This document shows positions 52,313 to 61,217 of a stretch of DNA of 64,000 bases, in pieces. The stretch is from positions 32,001-96,000 of the forward strand of contig CAVXYC010000014.1 in assembly GCA_963765765.1 (NCBI GenBank). The letters are read 5' to 3'. A program made the position numbers and the translations under genes. How positions within the stretch are numbered: the first letter of the stretch is position 1; each line of letters starts with the position of its first letter. Source of the DNA: an uncultured Chloroflexia bacterium. Its GTDB lineage: Bacteria; Chloroflexota; UBA6077; JACCZL01. The notes beneath the pieces are model-generated. The model saw only the letters and a program-made list of their open reading frames with translations. It did not search any database and had not been told where the DNA came from.

Positions 52313-55300
52313 GTGGGTCTCACTCGCCTGGCCATCACGCGCCCGCTTGCCATCCTGATGTTTATCGTCTGCTTGGTGCTCCTGGGCGGCGTCTCCTACA
52401 CCAAGCTCCGTCAAGACCGTTTTCCGGCAATCAGCTTCCCGGCTGTATTCGTTCGCATCGACTATCCGGGCGCAGGTCCAGGCGATGTAGAAGATCTCAT
52501 TGCCAAGCCCATTGAGAATTCCGTTGCGGGCTTACCGGGCGTCGAGCTCCTGAGCTCCAATAGCTCCGAGGGCTCTGCCACCGTCAACATCCGATTTGTC
52601 GAAGGTACCGATACGAACCAGGCGGCGCTTGACGTGGAACGCCGACTGGCTGCGGTCCGTGGCCGCCTCCCTGTTGACGCGGGGGTCCCCAGTGTGACGA
52701 AGGCCGACGCAAGCGCCTTCCCAATTATGAACATTGCCATGTCGTCGGACAGGCGCTCGCTGGCCGACATCTTCTCCATGGCGAACGATGACATTCTGCC
52801 CAAGCTCCAGGCAGTTCCGGGCGTCGCCGACGTACAGATTCAGGGCGGCCTTCAGCGCGAGATCCAGATCGAGGTCGATTCGGCTCGCCTCCGCGCCTAC
52901 AACATCTCGATTCAAACCTTGAACAACGCGCTCACTCGAGAAAATGTGAGCACACCCGGCGGTCGAATAAACGATGGTGATCGCTCGGTCGGCGTGCGTG
53001 CCCTCGGCCAGCTCAAGACAGTCGACGACATCAGGAACCTGGTTATCTCGACCAATCCGCGCGTCGTTCGAATGGCCGACGTGGCTGACGTTTCCGATAC
53101 CTACCGGGAGCAGACACGGCTCCAGCGATTCAACGGCAACGACGCTGTCGGCTTCACCATCACGAAGCAGGCTGACGCCAACGGTGTTCAGGTCTCCAAC
53201 GATATTCAGAAGACACTTGCGCAGATTCGTTCCGGGGTACCGAACGATATCCAAATGGAGATCACCAGCGACGCTGCGTCGTTTACACGGAAGTCCATCA
53301 GCGCGGTTCAGACTGACCTTATCATTGCCGTTTTCCTGACCGGCCTTGTGCTCTTCTTCTTCCTGCACACCTGGCGGAACACGCTCATCGTGCTCCTCGC
53401 CATTCCGACCTGTCTTATCTCGACGCTGCTGATCATGTTCTTCGTGGGATTCAGTATCAACGTCATCACGCTCCTGGCGCTGGCGTTGACTATCGGCATT
53501 CTGGTTGATGACAGCATCGTGGTGCTCGAAAACATCAATCGGCATCTCGAACACGGCGAGAACGCTCGAGATGCGTCCCTGAAAGGCCGCAGCGAGATCG
53601 GACTCGCGGCGATCGCGATCACCCTGGTAGACGTGATCGTGTTCCTCCCCGTGAGCTTCATGACTGGCAACATTGGCCGGCTATTCAAAGAGTTCGGCGT
53701 GACGATCGCCGCGACGACGCTGCTCTCGCTCTTCGTTTCGTTCACGCTGACGCCCATGCTGGCCTCGCGTTGGCTTAAGCCCGGCCACGAGACCGGCCTG
53801 CTGGCTCGATTCGGCGCCGTCTGGGAGCGTGGCTATGACAAGATTGCCAGGGGATACCGCCGAGTCCTGGCCATTGGTCTGAAGCTTCGGTTTGCCGTAC
53901 TCGGCATTGGTCTGTGCAGCCTGGCAGTGTCGTACATGATGCTCCAGACGAACATGATCGGATCTGAGTACGCTCCTCCTGAAGACGATGGGCTCTTCCA
54001 GGTGAACATCTCGATGCCAGCCGGCACGTCGCTCGACGGCACAAACACTGTGACGCGCCGGGTTGAAACGATTCTCAAGCAGATTCCCGAAGTGCATGAC
54101 ATCTTTACATCCGTCGGTGGCGGCGGTGGTGGTGGTGGAGCGAACACACGCAATGCCTCGATCGCCGTTCAGCTCGCGGATCACAAGGAGCGGCACCGGA
54201 CCGTGTTTGAGGTGATCTCCGATTTCCGCCGACTGACTCGCGGTATCCCCGATGCCCAGATTCGAGCGAGCGTGCAGAACCCGCTCGCAGGCGGTGGTGG
54301 GGGTGGCATTGGCATCCGAGTTCAGGGTGACGACCTCAAGACGCTTGAAGAAGTGTCACTCCGGATCGAAGAAGTCGTTCGGAACACCGCGGGAACCGTT
54401 GACGTTCAGAATTCGGCCTCACAGCGTGACCCAGAGATCCGGGCTGTCCTCGATAGAGAGCGACTGGCCGACCTCCGTATAAGCGCTTCAGCCGCGGCTC
54501 AGGCGTTGCGCACCAGTGTTGGTGGTGTGGTTGTTACCCAGCTTCGCCCAGATGGCTCCGATCAGCTCGATATTAGAGTTGTCGCAAAGGACAGCGAGCG
54601 CAGTGACATTCAGGGAATAGGCGGCATCCCGCTCTTGACCGATACTGGCTCAATCGTTCGGCTCGACCAGGTCGCAACGATTACCAGTGACTCGGGTCCT
54701 GCCCGCATCGAACGGTCCGAAAGACAACGGCGAATCGACATCAACGCGGCCGTCTCCGGGCGCTCGCTCGGTGATGTGAGCCGCGACATTCGGACCGCGC
54801 TGGCTGCCACGCCAATGCCAGAGGGCTATCGCTGGGTGTTGGCAGGTCAGGTTCAGGCTATGGAGACAGCGACAACCACCCTGCTGTCCACCTTGGTCCT
54901 GTCCGTTATCTTGATCTACATGCTCATGGTCGCCCTGTTCGAGTCATGGCTCACGCCTCTGGCCATCATGTTCTCGTTGCCCGTAGCTCTGGTGGGCGCG
55001 TTCACAGGTCTGTGGATTACCGGCAACACCTTCAACATCTTCTCGCTCATTGGCATGATCATGCTCATGGGTCTTGTTGGGAAAAACGCAATTCTGTTGA
55101 TCGATTTCACCAATACGCTGAGAGCCCGAGGCTATGAACGCACGGAGGCGTTACTCGAGGCGGGTCAGACCCGTCTGAGACCAATCGTCATGACGACCTG
55201 CACGGTTATCTTTGCGATGCTTCCGTTGGCTCTCAAACTGGAGGCGGGAGGCGAGACTCGCGCACCAATGGCTGTAGTGATCATTGGCGGCGTATTGAGC

Positions 55301-55516
55301 TCCACAATTCTGACCCTGGTGCTCGTGCCGGGCGTCTACACGATGCTCGACGATCTTAAGACGTTCTTCGGACGACTGCGGCAGCCCAAACTGGCGCCGG
55401 CGACCGTGGCGCATGGTGAGGTGGCAGTTCCGGACTCGACCGCACCAGGTCGCGCTACAGGGCGACCGATCCGAGCGGAAGTCGCCCCACCGCCTGCTCA
55501 GGGTGGATCAGACTAA
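52313..55516 (+). CDS. RND efflux transporter permease (AcrB/AcrD/AcrF family)
   Basis: GILVDDSIVVLENI, GLVGKNAILLIDF, RLRPIVMTT; GTG start after GGAG. Confidence 0.95.
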   Translation: MGLTRLAITRPLAILMFIVCLVLLGGVSYTKLRQDRFPAISFPAVFVRIDYPGAGPGDVEDLIAKPIENSVAGLPGVELLSSNSSEGSATVNIRFVEGTDTNQAALDVERRLAAVRGRLPVDAGVPSVTKADASAFPIMNIAMSSDRRSLADIFSMANDDILPKLQAVPGVADVQIQGGLQREIQIEVDSARLRAYNISIQTLNNALTRENVSTPGGRINDGDRSVGVRALGQLKTVDDIRNLVISTNPRVVRMADVADVSDTYREQTRLQRFNGNDAVGFTITKQADANGVQVSNDIQKTLAQIRSGVPNDIQMEITSDAASFTRKSISAVQTDLIIAVFLTGLVLFFFLHTWRNTLIVLLAIPTCLISTLLIMFFVGFSINVITLLALALTIGILVDDSIVVLENINRHLEHGENARDASLKGRSEIGLAAIAITLVDVIVFLPVSFMTGNIGRLFKEFGVTIAATTLLSLFVSFTLTPMLASRWLKPGHETGLLARFGAVWERGYDKIARGYRRVLAIGLKLRFAVLGIGLCSLAVSYMMLQTNMIGSEYAPPEDDGLFQVNISMPAGTSLDGTNTVTRRVETILKQIPEVHDIFTSVGGGGGGGGANTRNASIAVQLADHKERHRTVFEVISDFRRLTRGIPDAQIRASVQNPLAGGGGGGIGIRVQGDDLKTLEEVSLRIEEVVRNTAGTVDVQNSASQRDPEIRAVLDRERLADLRISASAAAQALRTSVGGVVVTQLRPDGSDQLDIRVVAKDSERSDIQGIGGIPLLTDTGSIVRLDQVATITSDSGPARIERSERQRRIDINAAVSGRSLGDVSRDIRTALAATPMPEGYRWVLAGQVQAMETATTTLLSTLVLSVILIYMLMVALFESWLTPLAIMFSLPVALVGAFTGLWITGNTFNIFSLIGMIMLMGLVGKNAILLIDFTNTLRARGYERTEALLEAGQTRLRPIVMTTCTVIFAMLPLALKLEAGGETRAPMAVVIIGGVLSSTILTLVLVPGVYTMLDDLKTFFGRLRQPKLAPATVAHGEVAVPDSTAPGRATGRPIRAEVAPPPAQGGSD

Positions 55517-55552
55517 ATCCGTCTTGCGCTAGTCAAATGGGACTGGCGAGTA

Positions 55553-55606
55553 GACAAGGATAAAGGAGCCGCCCCCGGCGATGGGAGCGGCTCCTTTATC
55601 CTTGTC
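55553..55606. terminator. Long bidirectional terminator-like hairpin
   Basis: GACAAGGATAAAGGAGCCGC...GCGGCTCCTTTATCCTTGTC between convergent genes. Confidence 0.75.
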
Positions 55607-55619
55607 GTGGCCGTGCGAC

Positions 55620-56432
55620 TCAGTACCCTGGGAAGATCTTACTTAGCGATCCCATACTGGCAGTATCTCCACTGACCTGCGCCGTTCCCGCGGCGACAGC
55701 TTTGTCAATGGGCTCTCGTCCAGCAACCAAACGTTCAAATGCCTCGGCCGGCATTTTCACTGTAAAGAGCGCACCACTTGGGAGTCCGCCCTCGACGGTC
55801 GCCTGCTCACCACCCGGATTCAGCGTGAATTGACGCGACGCGGGGCCATTGATGTCAAAGGCAACAGGGCGCCCACGCAACTCATCGAGACCATCACGCT
55901 TTGCCCTGTTGGGCAGTCGATCGACAACCATCGGAAGCAAGAGCGCTGCCGCGTTGTCTTCTAGCTTCAGCGAAGGATCGCTCTTCACCCGGATGTCCCA
56001 AACGTGTAATGACATCTCGTTCAAACGAGTCAGGAGCGCTTTGGGGAGTGGCAGATTGCCCGCGAAGGTGGGAATGATCTCATTGTGCTTTGACTCGGGA
56101 AGTGCTTCGAGGTAGGCGATCAGCTTCTCAGTACGGTCCTTGAATTGGGGGTAGACGTCCTGCGGAGCAAGACCATCAAAATAGCCCCAGATGGCCTGCC
56201 GACCCTCTGGGCTCAGCGCTTCGTTTCCGTCAAGCGCAGTCTCCAACGACTTCTGGAAGATCTCTGCACCGGATCCTAGATGTGAGATGACCTGGTAGTT
56301 CTTCCAGTTAGAGCAAAAGGAATCCTGTTCTACGTAAGACGCTGGATGAGACTCTACATCCTGAACAAGCGTCTGATACTCGCGCTTGACGGCGTCAAAT
56401 ACTTCCTGGAACGTTGGTTCGGGGTTCGCCAT
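55620..56432 (-). CDS. MDMPI/DinB-like metal-binding protein with C-terminal SCP2-like domain
   Basis: SFCSNWKNYQVISHL, RLNEMSLHVWDI; C-terminal F.RLVAGR....AVAAG.AQVSGD. Confidence 0.8.
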   Translation of the reverse strand: MANPEPTFQEVFDAVKREYQTLVQDVESHPASYVEQDSFCSNWKNYQVISHLGSGAEIFQKSLETALDGNEALSPEGRQAIWGYFDGLAPQDVYPQFKDRTEKLIAYLEALPESKHNEIIPTFAGNLPLPKALLTRLNEMSLHVWDIRVKSDPSLKLEDNAAALLLPMVVDRLPNRAKRDGLDELRGRPVAFDINGPASRQFTLNPGGEQATVEGGLPSGALFTVKMPAEAFERLVAGREPIDKAVAAGTAQVSGDTASMGSLSKIFPGY

Positions 56433-56491
56433 AGCGTGTGTCCTCGATGCGGTGCGAAACTTGGTCGCACCGCAATAGGTGCGACTCGCAG

Positions 56492-56520
56492 ACGATAGCC
56501 CAGCGTCAACTGTGGGTCAA
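56492..56520 (-). promoter_or_regulatory. Sigma70-like promoter for the MDMPI-like gene
   Basis: Minus strand TTGACC-N17-TATCGT. Confidence 0.5.
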
Positions 56521-56589
56521 GCGCTCTTGAGCCAAGTGCGTCCCGATCCCGACGTCTGCGGTACTGAGCATCAGACCATCATTTGACGT

Positions 56590-56632
56590 GCACAAAGCGC
56601 CCTGCAGTGCAGCACTGCAGGGCGCTTTGTGC
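56590..56632. terminator. Near-perfect long hairpin downstream of the LLM gene
   Basis: GCACAAAGCGCCCTGCAGTGC-A-GCACTGCAGGGCGCTTTGTGC. Confidence 0.7.
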
Positions 56633-56648
56633 GGGCAGTCTTCGCCCC

Positions 56649-57749
56649 TTACTTGAATGCTGGAATAACTTCCTCACCGAACAACTTGACCGAGTTATCG
56701 ATGATCTCGGGCGGCATCGCGCCAATTTGATGATTGGCCGTGAATAGGTCCAGGCCCATCTTCTCCTTGGCAGCCTTGAGCCGCTGAATCACCGTCTCGG
56801 GGCTCCCCACGATGGCAAGCCCGTTATCGATACTGAACTCGTATGACTGGGCTGCTTCGCGGAACACGCGTCCGCGCTCGGCGTCATCCGGGCGATGACC
56901 GTCCGTGCCCATCCCACGAGGGTCTGAGCCCCAACCGACGCGCGTCTGTGCGATTTTTCCGCCACCAACGGGGTTCGTATCTCGCGCGTTCATGATGTAG
57001 TGTCGAGCTTCCTCGTGCGCCTTCTCATCTGTCTCAGCGACGTGAACGTGGCGTTGGAGGAAGGTTCTTGGCATCTCACCGCCGTGGTTGTAGCTCTTCC
57101 ACTGACTGCGGAAATAGTCGAACTTCTGGGTGATGTTCTCGTCCGTGTCGATGTTCTGCGCCACGTGATAGTTGTTGCGCGCGGCGTAGTCCAGCGCGGC
57201 GGGGCTGTGTGCGGCAGCCCAGATCGGCGGGCACGGTTTCTGGAATGGCATGGGCGCCGGCAACGCCTCGTCGAACTTCCAGAACTTGCCCTCGAACGTG
57301 ACTTCGCCCGTCTTCCATGCCATCTGAACAATCTTCATCGTCTCTTCGGACATCGCCGCGCGCTCGTAGAAGTTCAGGCCCCAGCGAATAAACTCGTGCT
57401 CATGCACGCCGATCCCGCTGCCAAACTCGACCCGCCCGTGAGAGAGGTTGTCCAGCATGGCGACTTCTTCGGCGAGTCGCACAGGATTGTGGAACGGAAT
57501 CTGCCAGACCATCGCTCCCAGGCGCAATTTGCTCGTATGGCTGGCAATGGCAGTGAGATACACGCTTGGTGACGTGCACTGGCCCACCGGGGAATTTTGA
57601 TGCTCGATCACCCAGTACGAGTGATAGCCGAGCTTTTCCAGATTCTGAGCAATGCCAATGCGGCGGTCGTACACCTCGGCAGCGGTTGCTGCCTTGTCCA
57701 TCTCATAGCCACCAAGCGAATCCCAGTATCCAAAGTCAAGGGAGCTCAT
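56649..57749 (-). CDS. Luciferase-like (LLM class) flavin-dependent oxidoreductase
   Basis: YWVIEHQ, HNPVRLAEEVAMLDNLSHGRVEFG.G.G, IVGSPETVI, LFGEEVIPAF. Confidence 0.92.
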   Translation of the reverse strand: MSSLDFGYWDSLGGYEMDKAATAAEVYDRRIGIAQNLEKLGYHSYWVIEHQNSPVGQCTSPSVYLTAIASHTSKLRLGAMVWQIPFHNPVRLAEEVAMLDNLSHGRVEFGSGIGVHEHEFIRWGLNFYERAAMSEETMKIVQMAWKTGEVTFEGKFWKFDEALPAPMPFQKPCPPIWAAAHSPAALDYAARNNYHVAQNIDTDENITQKFDYFRSQWKSYNHGGEMPRTFLQRHVHVAETDEKAHEEARHYIMNARDTNPVGGGKIAQTRVGWGSDPRGMGTDGHRPDDAERGRVFREAAQSYEFSIDNGLAIVGSPETVIQRLKAAKEKMGLDLFTANHQIGAMPPEIIDNSVKLFGEEVIPAFK

Positions 57750-57938
57750 TGGGCGCTGCCTCCGTGCGATTCAAATCAACGCGATGGACACGAGTATACC
57801 GGCTTGGATTGTCCATTGGCGGAGGTCTTCCCGAACGGTTCTTTGGACTGGGGCGTTTTCGCCGCAGTCAAAGGGCTGGCGCCCAGATCTATTGCCGGCA
57901 GCTCACGGAGAGCGGCTTTCGGCTCGAGTCGTCAACGC

Positions 57939-58500
57939 CTAACGCTTGACGGTGACTGTGGTATTTCGTGAGGGCGTCGTGAGGGCCGCCGTCCTTACTC
58001 GCAGCCCAGCGTAGGCAGGCTCGCTCTTCAGGCCCTTCTTGTCCCCTTGCCCGAGCCACGATTGTGTGAGACCCGTACGAGTCACCCGCAGTGTCCAGGA
58101 TTGAGCGCAGGATGTGCGGCCATTGCAGTCGAAGCGATTTTCGCGGTCCAGAGCGCGCTCGCCCGCATCCTCGCCTTCCCAGGAGATCCAGTCGAGGCTA
58201 TCGTCGTCGTTTCCATAGACCACGATTCTGACAGTATTTCCCGATTTAATCTTGGAATCACTCACCTAGATCGACACTGTGGGGACTCGATCTTTGACCA
58301 CCATCGCTTTCGCGGTCGACGTCGCCTGCACGGTAGCAGTGGGTAGCGTCGTGGACGTTGCCTTGATTTGCTCGGACGCGCCTACGGGAACCGGCGAAGG
58401 GATCGAGATACTCGTCAATCGCGGAACTGGAGTCGAGGCCGCCGCGGGCAGAGACGCCCGCCCTACGGAGGGCAAGGGGCTCCGCATCCGTTCTTGATGG
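57939..58500 (-). pseudogene. Exported beta-sandwich protein with Pro/Thr linker and in-frame TAG at 58266-58268
   Basis: ORFs 58266-58487 and 57939-58265 are in the same frame, separated by one stop (VPTVSI*VSDSKIKSG...). Confidence 0.5.
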
Positions 58501-58596
58501 CGCGGTAATGACTCGGCTAAGGTGCCTATGCGGAGCTCGGCATTTCAGACGAGCTCCAGTTCTGGCCTTCGCCCAGTGCCGAATCACCAATCCCGC

Positions 58597-60075
58597 ATGA
58601 CTCGATTCCTCCGCTCCGCGTTCTCAAGCGCTCGCCGCCATCCAGATGCGGCCTGCATCCTTCTCGTGGTGATCGTTGCCACGCTCATGCGGCTGGCGTT
58701 CACCTACCGAGCACCGGTGTTTCTACGCCCGGACAGCATTGGATACTTCCAGTCAGGCTATGAGCTGGCCCGCGGAATCGATCTCGACATACCTATCCGA
58801 CGCACTCCGGGCTACCCACTCTTCCTGGCAGCCACCATCTGGAGCGTGGGCGAAGACTTCCAGACCATCGCTTTGATCCAGCACATTCTGGGCGTTATTA
58901 CAGCCGTCCTCGCGTACCTCATCGGTCGGCGACTCTTCTCGCCACTGGCAGGCCTCGTGGCTGGTTTACTGGTTGCATTCTCCGGCCCGCTGATCGTGTT
59001 CGAGCATTACCTCATGTCCGAGCCGCTATTTACGCTCTTCGTTACGACGGCCGTCTGGCTATCCGTCTGGGGACTTCAGGAACGCTCCCTGCGCCTGCTC
59101 AGCATCGCGGGCTGCGCCGTGGGCCTGGCTTACCTGGCTCGACCAGTTGGCGGCGCGCTCGTTCCGATCGTTGGGCTCGCTGGCATGCTGCTTTACGGAA
59201 CTGTTCGGCAGAGGCTGGCGCGGGGCATAGCCGTCGCCGGAGGATTCGCCTTGATTCTTACGCCCGTGCTGATTGCGGCGCAGATAAGCGAATCCGAAGC
59301 CGCGCCAGCGCTCGGGCAGACGCTTTACGGGCGCTTCGTACGCCATGACGAACGAATTGTCTATCCATCGCCGGATTCTCCCGCGCCCTTTGACGATCCC
59401 ACGAGGGCGGAGGCGCGCAGAACGATCCTTCAGCTGGCGGCCCGCGACTCACGACCAAGCGCGGTCAATCACCGCCTACAGGAGTCGCTAGGTCTCACGC
59501 CGCAACAGGCCGATCGCGCGCTTAGAGATTTTGGAATGGAGCTCATCACCACCCAAACCGACCGTTATCTGCTGGGCTCCTACAACAAATTTCGGGCGAT
59601 TCTTCTGGGCGAGACGGAGCGGCTGACGTTCCACTGGAACAGTCGCGTGGACAAGGAGATGCGCGAGGCCTGGACCTCAAACGCCACGATTGCACATGCC
59701 CTCACACCGCCCACTGACATTCAGCGACGTGAGCAGCCGATGACCGAGGCGTTGCTGCGCGTGTTCCAACCAGCGCAGCATCGATTGCTACTGGGAGCGC
59801 TGATGGCAGTGGGACTGGCGTTCGCGGTTGTTCGGCCTCAGTCCCGCCCCGCCTGGATTATTCCCATCGCCACGCTAGCACTCGTTATACCGGCGGCGTT
59901 CTTGGTGGGTCAGGTCCCGCGATACCGATACCCGGCTGATCCGATGCTCGCGGCAATCGTCGGCGGCGGAGTCTCGGCCGTCTTTAGCCTCGCGGCCATG
60001 GGCTGGTCACGCATTCGGGCGACGCGCGGGAGTCAAGCTCCAGATCTAGCCTCAGCCTCCGCCGGCTCCCGATAG
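58597..60075 (+). CDS. GT-C superfamily (PMT/ArnT-like) membrane glycosyltransferase
   Basis: R..F......PDSIGY, RRTPGYPLFL, EHYLMSEPLF, PRYRYP; many TM segments. Confidence 0.8.
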   Translation: MTRFLRSAFSSARRHPDAACILLVVIVATLMRLAFTYRAPVFLRPDSIGYFQSGYELARGIDLDIPIRRTPGYPLFLAATIWSVGEDFQTIALIQHILGVITAVLAYLIGRRLFSPLAGLVAGLLVAFSGPLIVFEHYLMSEPLFTLFVTTAVWLSVWGLQERSLRLLSIAGCAVGLAYLARPVGGALVPIVGLAGMLLYGTVRQRLARGIAVAGGFALILTPVLIAAQISESEAAPALGQTLYGRFVRHDERIVYPSPDSPAPFDDPTRAEARRTILQLAARDSRPSAVNHRLQESLGLTPQQADRALRDFGMELITTQTDRYLLGSYNKFRAILLGETERLTFHWNSRVDKEMREAWTSNATIAHALTPPTDIQRREQPMTEALLRVFQPAQHRLLLGALMAVGLAFAVVRPQSRPAWIIPIATLALVIPAAFLVGQVPRYRYPADPMLAAIVGGGVSAVFSLAAMGWSRIRATRGSQAPDLASASAGSR

Positions 60076-61187
60076 GCTCCACGGCGCGCCCAGAGCATCC
60101 AGGCCACGAGGACCGCTCCTATGAGCGTGCCCGTGGCAACGAGGGTGTAGCGCACAGCATCCGAGGATATCCATGACCAGCGGAAGTGGACCATGCTGGC
60201 AATCATGCAAAGGATGAGAGCTACGACTACCCCATTTCCGCGTCCGCGAGCCTGCTGCAGCAGGAGAGCAACCAGCGGAATGACCAGTGGAAATAGATGC
60301 GAGAGATTACGGCTTTCGTCTCCTCGAGAGACGAGAAGCTGGGCAACTACCAACGTGCCATAAACTCGGAGCCACCCCGGGGCACTGCGCCAGCCCAGGA
60401 GGATGGCGACCCAGGCCACGCCGAAGAGCGAGTACACGTCCAGCAGGTCGCCGATCCGGGGTACGCGCTGGACGTATCCCGTGTAATTCAGCGAACGGAC
60501 CCCGTCCAGGCCAGAGCCGAGCATGCCCATCGCGCCGAGCTTGCCTACGACAACGATCGCCAGCGCTATCACCGGAATCGCGCACACAATCATCGCTCGC
60601 AGCCAGGCCGCCGAATCGCGCGTGGGCCAGCGCGCTACGAGATACGTCGGCAAGAGGATGAGCGCAGTCTCCCGATTCAGCACACCGATGGTGAGGAGGA
60701 TGCAGAAGAGGCCGTCATGCCTCGTCATGAGGGCGAGTAGACTGGCGATCGTGAGCGCGTACGTCAGCGAATCGACATAGGTGGGCGTGGTGAGCATCCG
60801 GATCACCACGGACGAGCACAGGAACACCACCAACGCGCCCTGGCTCGAGCTCGCGTCGTACCCGAGCTGCCGAGTGAACACGTACAGGAGCGTGGCTGTT
60901 GCGACGAGCGCTACGACTGTAATTGCTGTAAACGCCGACTCCGTATCAAGGGGAATGATCGACGCTAGCCATGGTGTCAGCAGACGGAACGTATACGGCA
61001 GTCGCGCCGGGTCCGCGATGTTCTCAGCGAGTCGTCCATAGTACTGGGTGTCGTCCTTGAACACACCCGCTCGATGCGTTCCCCAGAGGTACAACATGCT
61101 GATGACTACCGTGGAAACCAGGCTCACCAGCAGCCATTCACGCGGCTCCAGGCGGACGGTAGACGGCCGCGACGCAGCAAGTGACAT
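60033..61187 (-). CDS. Polytopic membrane protein, GT-C-like
   Basis: DDTQYY, PYTFRLLTPWLA, YVDSL, GVLNRETA. Confidence 0.65.
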   Translation of the reverse strand: MSLAASRPSTVRLEPREWLLVSLVSTVVISMLYLWGTHRAGVFKDDTQYYGRLAENIADPARLPYTFRLLTPWLASIIPLDTESAFTAITVVALVATATLLYVFTRQLGYDASSSQGALVVFLCSSVVIRMLTTPTYVDSLTYALTIASLLALMTRHDGLFCILLTIGVLNRETALILLPTYLVARWPTRDSAAWLRAMIVCAIPVIALAIVVVGKLGAMGMLGSGLDGVRSLNYTGYVQRVPRIGDLLDVYSLFGVAWVAILLGWRSAPGWLRVYGTLVVAQLLVSRGDESRNLSHLFPLVIPLVALLLQQARGRGNGVVVALILCMIASMVHFRWSWISSDAVRYTLVATGTLIGAVLVAWMLWARRGAYREPAEAEARSGA

Positions 61188-61217
61188 ACGCGGATTGTAG
61201 ACTGATCCACCACGGAC

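Noticed and set aside
52532-53554. 340-aa antisense ORF
   Set aside because: Shadow of the RND gene.
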